This document shows, piece after piece, positions 59,731-64,000 of a DNA stretch of 64,000 bases. Every line of letters begins with the position of its first letter. Position 1 is the first letter of the stretch. Source of the stretch: Promethearchaeota archaeon (lineage in GTDB: Archaea > Asgardarchaeota > Lokiarchaeia > Sigyniarchaeales > SOKP01); NCBI GenBank assembly GCA_030603385.1, contig JAUVXW010000010.1, positions 34,737 through 98,736 on the forward strand. Direction: 5' to 3'. The notes below the pieces were generated by a model. That model was not told the DNA's origin. It saw only the letters and a list, made by a program, of their open reading frames with translations, and searched no databases. The position numbers and the translations under genes are program-made.

Positions 59731-61740
59731 TCAATGAGTATAATATTCAATTAATAAATTGTCTATTTCATTTTCATCTAAGTTAAATAGCCAAAAAAAT
59801 AGGGTATCTATTATTATTTTTATATTATTTTTATCATTTTTTTCAAAGGCGTTAATAACTTCTTCTTTAAATTGATAATTTATTATAGGGGATAAATAAC
59901 CGTAAGAGAGGATTTTGTCTAATAATTCTTCTATTCTTTTAGTTTGATTATTTTTAGTGTTATTAATGATCCGAACAGTTAGATCTTTTATAAGATCTAC
60001 AAGGGCGCTCCTTTCTTCAGTTCGAAAATTGTTAGGATGTGGTAGGGGTAAACCATATTCAAGTTTAGTTTTGCTTCTTTTGATGGTAATGTTTTTAGCT
60101 TTATATAGAAAAGATACGAGCTTAGAGTTTAAATAGGCAATCACAAATAAGTAATCAATTTCTTTATTTGCTAATGGCCAAAGAAAATATGTATCTGATG
60201 TAGCATAGTAGGGATCAGTTGAATAGCCGAAGATATTTTTGCTTGAAATATATTTTAAAAAGATCTTTGGGCTACATTCATAGAAAGGTTCGAGATCAAC
60301 CAATTTTTCTTTTCCCTTTTCCTCTAATCTTCGTATAAAGGAACCTCTTCTTGGATAAAATAAATCTTCTGGATTTTCTTTAGCATTAATTAAGATCTCT
60401 CGCAAATTCATCTCATATTGTCTTAGGTATTTTGCGAGAGTAGGGTATTTCTGCTCAAGTGATTTATTTCGCTTACTAGGGGATTGATTTTTAAATTCAT
60501 TTTTATTGAAATAGAGAATGTAACCTTCGTTATCTTCACAATTATACCCATATTGTGTAATTGATTTGCTTTTATACACTTTCTTAAGTCGTGATTGTTC
60601 GGTTTCACTGAGTTTCGTAAAATTTCCGTTAACTTTTAGAAAAAACTCGTTTTTCTCAATTTTTAATTCTTTTCCTATTTTTAAGATAAAAATATTGTCA
60701 TTTATTAGAATAAGACCATTACGTATGATGAAAAAATCTTTTATTCTGGTAATTTTTTCATTATACTTACAGTAGTTTTCAATTTTATCTACAACAATTT
60801 TTACTTCTTTTAGATATATTATATTCCAATTTTCATCTTGGTTTAAATCATTATTAGTTAATGCGGAATTATACTTTCTGATAGACGGTGAAGTATTATT
60901 TTGTATTAGATCTTCAAAAATTCTTTTGTTAACTAACTCACCTGACTTGTTGGATTTGTTGTCTCCAACAACTTGGATTATTTCAATATCTTTGTTTTTC
61001 TTGTTCAGTTTTTCTTGCTCAGTTTTTTTCTGTAAAATAAAAATACAATTATGTTGTCCCTTTGCTCCTTCGAATACATTTAAACATGATAGATCTATAT
61101 ATTGAAGTAAGTAACATTCATTCAGTATATGGGGTTTCAAGAGTTTTATCCCCGTTTTTTGAGATTTTGTAATCCAATAATTTGTGGTAATATAAGAGAT
61201 AATACCCCCAGGAATCAGTTTTTCTATACCCAAATGAATGAAATAATAAAATAAATCCATATTTCCTACGAAATATTTAGCACAAGTCGGATACTTTGTT
61301 ACATAATCTTGAAAAATATCAGCGTTATAGTTTTGACCTAAGTAAGGAGGATTTCCAATTATTAGATCAAATTTCTCATGTTTTTCTGACCCAAAAAAAT
61401 TATCAAATCTAAAGTTTACTGTTGGAAAGGAATTTAAAAGAAAGTCTTTTAGGGATAAATCCATTTCGTAAGCAAAAATATTTGAAAACTTATTTTGTAG
61501 AAGATATTTTAGAAAAATACCTTCTCCAACAGCGGGCTCTAAAATTTTTAAATCTTGGGAGTTTTTCTTATTATCCTTAATAATATTAATAACATTTTTT
61601 ACCATAAATTCCGCGACATAATCTGGGGTAAAAATTTGACTTATGGTGTTATTTCCATGGATCCTATTATTTTTTGCAACCATCTGATCATAATATTGAT
61701 TTAAGACTCTATAAAATTGATGGTTACCAATAATTTTCAA
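59731..61740 (-). CDS. Amino (N6-adenine) DNA methyltransferase, TaqI/Eco57I-like gamma class
   Basis: FTP..VA, LEPAVGEG.F, IGNPPY, DLFYYF, YLNSKL. Confidence 0.88.
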   Translation of the reverse strand: MKIIGNHQFYRVLNQYYDQMVAKNNRIHGNNTISQIFTPDYVAEFMVKNVINIIKDNKKNSQDLKILEPAVGEGIFLKYLLQNKFSNIFAYEMDLSLKDFLLNSFPTVNFRFDNFFGSEKHEKFDLIIGNPPYLGQNYNADIFQDYVTKYPTCAKYFVGNMDLFYYFIHLGIEKLIPGGIISYITTNYWITKSQKTGIKLLKPHILNECYLLQYIDLSCLNVFEGAKGQHNCIFILQKKTEQEKLNKKNKDIEIIQVVGDNKSNKSGELVNKRIFEDLIQNNTSPSIRKYNSALTNNDLNQDENWNIIYLKEVKIVVDKIENYCKYNEKITRIKDFFIIRNGLILINDNIFILKIGKELKIEKNEFFLKVNGNFTKLSETEQSRLKKVYKSKSITQYGYNCEDNEGYILYFNKNEFKNQSPSKRNKSLEQKYPTLAKYLRQYEMNLREILINAKENPEDLFYPRRGSFIRRLEEKGKEKLVDLEPFYECSPKIFLKYISSKNIFGYSTDPYYATSDTYFLWPLANKEIDYLFVIAYLNSKLVSFLYKAKNITIKRSKTKLEYGLPLPHPNNFRTEERSALVDLIKDLTVRIINNTKNNQTKRIEELLDKILSYGYLSPIINYQFKEEVINAFEKNDKNNIKIIIDTLFFWLFNLDENEIDNLLIEYYTH

Positions 61741-61880
61741 ATATTAAATAGAAGGAGTATAAAGATTTAGATGAGATTGCTTTAGGAATATCATTAATCA
61801 CTATTTAGGATTGAGATTTAGCAAAACTATAAAAAGAAGGTAATAAAATATATAGAAAATATAGTCCCTATTTACATATT

Positions 61881-63404
61881 TTAGTTATGAAGATGTTCAT
61901 GGTGTTCCATTTTAATATTAATTGGTTTTAAATTACCAATTGCCCACCCAGTAACTTCATTCAGAGAAGGATGAATAACCATTGAATTATATATTGGCAT
62001 AAAGGAGCCTGCTTCTGGACAAGATCTTTCTAATTTAGGAATGTTGCCTTTACCGTCAGATTCTGGTAATGAACATGTAAATCCGGAATTCATTAAATAT
62101 ACAAAAGGTTGTATTAAAATAGCGGCATGAGGGCCAACAACATGAGCACCCAATATTTTATAGGATTTATCAACGATTAATTTAAAAAATCCGTTATCCT
62201 CATCATCGTTCTCAAAGCCCATTGCAAAACCCTTTGCAACAGTGGAATAATTTTTCATCGCAATATAAATCTCGTGTCCTTTTTTAATGGCTTCTGCTTG
62301 AGTCATTCCAACATGTCCTACTTGAGGATATGTGAAGATTGCCCATGGCACTGCAGAATAGTCTACTGATCTTTTTTGCTCCTCGGATCCAAATATATTA
62401 TTAACACAGATTTCTGCTTCATAATTTGCTTTATGTCGAAATTGATAAAGTCCATTGGCATCTCCTATACACCAGATGTTCTTTTTGTTTGTTTCTAAGT
62501 ATAGATTAGTTTTTATCCATCCTTTTTCATCAATTTCAACACCAGTTTTTTCAACCTTCAGTAAATCTGCATTCGAACGACGCCCTGTAGCAATTAAAAT
62601 CTCTTCTGCCGAAACTTCAATTTCTTTACCAGTATCCATATTTTGAGCAATGATCGTTTTCATTTTCTTCTTTCCCTTTGCTTTAATCGCCTTATAATTT
62701 ACATACACAGTCATATGTTTCTTAAAATTTTGCTCTAAAAATTGACTAATTTCTGGTTCTTCGGTTGTTATTAAACGAGGAAGCATCTCCAGAATTGTTA
62801 CATCTGTTCCCATCGCTGAGAAAATATGAGCAAACTCGGCGGCTATTACTCCACCTCCAATGATTATTAAACTTTTCCAAGGTTGTTTTGGATATTTATC
62901 TCCAAAAAAACTTCTATTAGTTATATAACCGACTTCTTCTAAACCTTCAATTGGAGGTATAAAAGAACGAGCTCCTGATGCGATAACAAATTTTTCCCCT
63001 TTAAATCTTCCAATCGTTTCCTTTTCATCAATAGATTTAACTTCCATTTCATATTCTCCAGCAAATTCACCAATACCTTTGTATAAAGTAAGATTTGGTA
63101 CATGGGATAACCCTTCCTCAATTTCTTTGCTTTCATCTATTTGCGACCACATTCTTTTTGAAATTAATTCCCAATCAATCTTTTCAATATTAAATTGGAT
63201 CCCAACTCTATTTGCATGTTGAGCTTCTCGAATTAAATCGGCAGGATGAACTAACACTTTTGAAGGAATACAACCTCGGGTTAAACATGTAGCTCCCAAT
63301 TTTGTATCTTCAATAAGTGCACATTTCATTCCTACTTGAAGCCCTACATTTAAGACATTTAATCCGGCACCACTTCCTATAACTACTAAGTCATATATTT
63401 CCAT
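61881..63404 (-). CDS. Pyridine nucleotide-disulfide oxidoreductase (dihydrolipoamide dehydrogenase/mycothione reductase-like)
   Basis: GSGAG, TCLTRGCIPSK, GGG.IA.E, IGD, HPSLNE. Confidence 0.9.
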   Translation of the reverse strand: MEIYDLVVIGSGAGLNVLNVGLQVGMKCALIEDTKLGATCLTRGCIPSKVLVHPADLIREAQHANRVGIQFNIEKIDWELISKRMWSQIDESKEIEEGLSHVPNLTLYKGIGEFAGEYEMEVKSIDEKETIGRFKGEKFVIASGARSFIPPIEGLEEVGYITNRSFFGDKYPKQPWKSLIIIGGGVIAAEFAHIFSAMGTDVTILEMLPRLITTEEPEISQFLEQNFKKHMTVYVNYKAIKAKGKKKMKTIIAQNMDTGKEIEVSAEEILIATGRRSNADLLKVEKTGVEIDEKGWIKTNLYLETNKKNIWCIGDANGLYQFRHKANYEAEICVNNIFGSEEQKRSVDYSAVPWAIFTYPQVGHVGMTQAEAIKKGHEIYIAMKNYSTVAKGFAMGFENDDEDNGFFKLIVDKSYKILGAHVVGPHAAILIQPFVYLMNSGFTCSLPESDGKGNIPKLERSCPEAGSFMPIYNSMVIHPSLNEVTGWAIGNLKPINIKMEHHEHLHN

Positions 63405-63538
63405 AATTTCAATTTCATCTATATCATTTTTAAAGTTTATATTAATAATTTAAATGAAAATAGAAGCAGTGGTTTAGAGATAAATGATTGTAATGATCTA
63501 ATTAAAATCAAAATTTTAACAAAGAGACATCGAAAATT

Positions 63539-64000
63539 TTACTTAGCTTCTTGGAGTAATATTATAAAATTACTACCTTGTTTATAATCTCCTTTAACTC
63601 TATCTTCAACCCAAATGGCGCCATCGTAACTTTCGGTTATTTTTTTAACTAGAGATAAACCAAGACCCATTCCCTTGCTTTTCGAGTTCTTACGCTTTCC
63701 TTTCTCAAATATACTTTTTTTACGATAGTCAGAGATGCCTATGGCGTTATCCTTAAAATCCAGTTTAATATAATTCATATTCTTTGAGTAATACTTACTG
63801 ACATCCACATTAATCTGTATTTTGGATTTATTGTTATGTCTAACTGCATTTATCAATATATTTTCAAATACATCTAATAAGAAATTATTTGCAATTACAT
63901 AGAGTTTTTTTTCTGAACGGTTAACACAAATATTGATATCTCTTGCTTGAAAACTATTTTTAAGGTACGTTGTTGCTTTTTCTAACAATTGAAAGATTTC
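63539..64000 (-). CDS. Sensor histidine kinase, C-terminal HATPase domain (5' end outside the window)
   Basis: VFENILINAVRH, DNAIGI, GMGLGL, G.IWVE..GSNF; frame open to the window edge. Confidence 0.9.
   Translation of the reverse strand, partial: EIFQLLEKATTYLKNSFQARDINICVNRSEKKLYVIANNFLLDVFENILINAVRHNNKSKIQINVDVSKYYSKNMNYIKLDFKDNAIGISDYRKKSIFEKGKRKNSKSKGMGLGLSLVKKITESYDGAIWVEDRVKGDYKQGSNFIILLQEAK

Noticed and set aside
5872-63136. Many short ORFs nested in or antisense to long genes (e.g. 5872, 10730, 36226, 43090, 51831, 59016)
   Set aside because: Shadow frames of well-supported genes, with no independent motifs.
1-64000. CRISPR arrays, transposases, integrases
   Set aside because: No regularly spaced repeat-spacer array and no transposase or recombinase motifs were seen.

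Overview
A low-GC (roughly 30% by eye) archaeal chromosomal segment, almost certainly Asgard/Lokiarchaeia. Evidence: eukaryote-type ribosomal protein L22e, four Rab-like small GTPases, a longin-roadblock protein, an IPGY-type C-terminal anchor, aIF-2gamma, aIF-1A, Spt5, TFS, CdhD and CDC48. Most of the window is housekeeping or metabolic: DAP-pathway lysine genes, panB, acyl-CoA dehydrogenases, a corrinoid methyltransferase pair, and an Hsp20-CDC48-regulator heat-shock operon. The standout is an unannotated RNA locus at about 14393-14600 (+) that reads as a circularly permuted, intron-containing 5S rRNA gene. The 3' half precedes the 5' half, helix I is closed by a UUCG loop, and two bulge-helix-bulge-like motifs, cut by the standard archaeal rule, regenerate a canonical-looking 122-nt circular 5S with a 12-nt eukaryote-like loop C. 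A tRNA-Pro(TGG) with a BHB intron at 25/26 gives an internal control for that splicing rule. Other notable items: a stand-alone circularly permuted (G3-G4-G5-G1-G2) Rab-like GTPase, a K-turn-containing three-hairpin sRNA candidate between lysA and dapB, several genes apparently starting at ATT/ATA, and an HhH-fused aIF-2gamma. All calls come from reading motifs by eye; no database searches were run.
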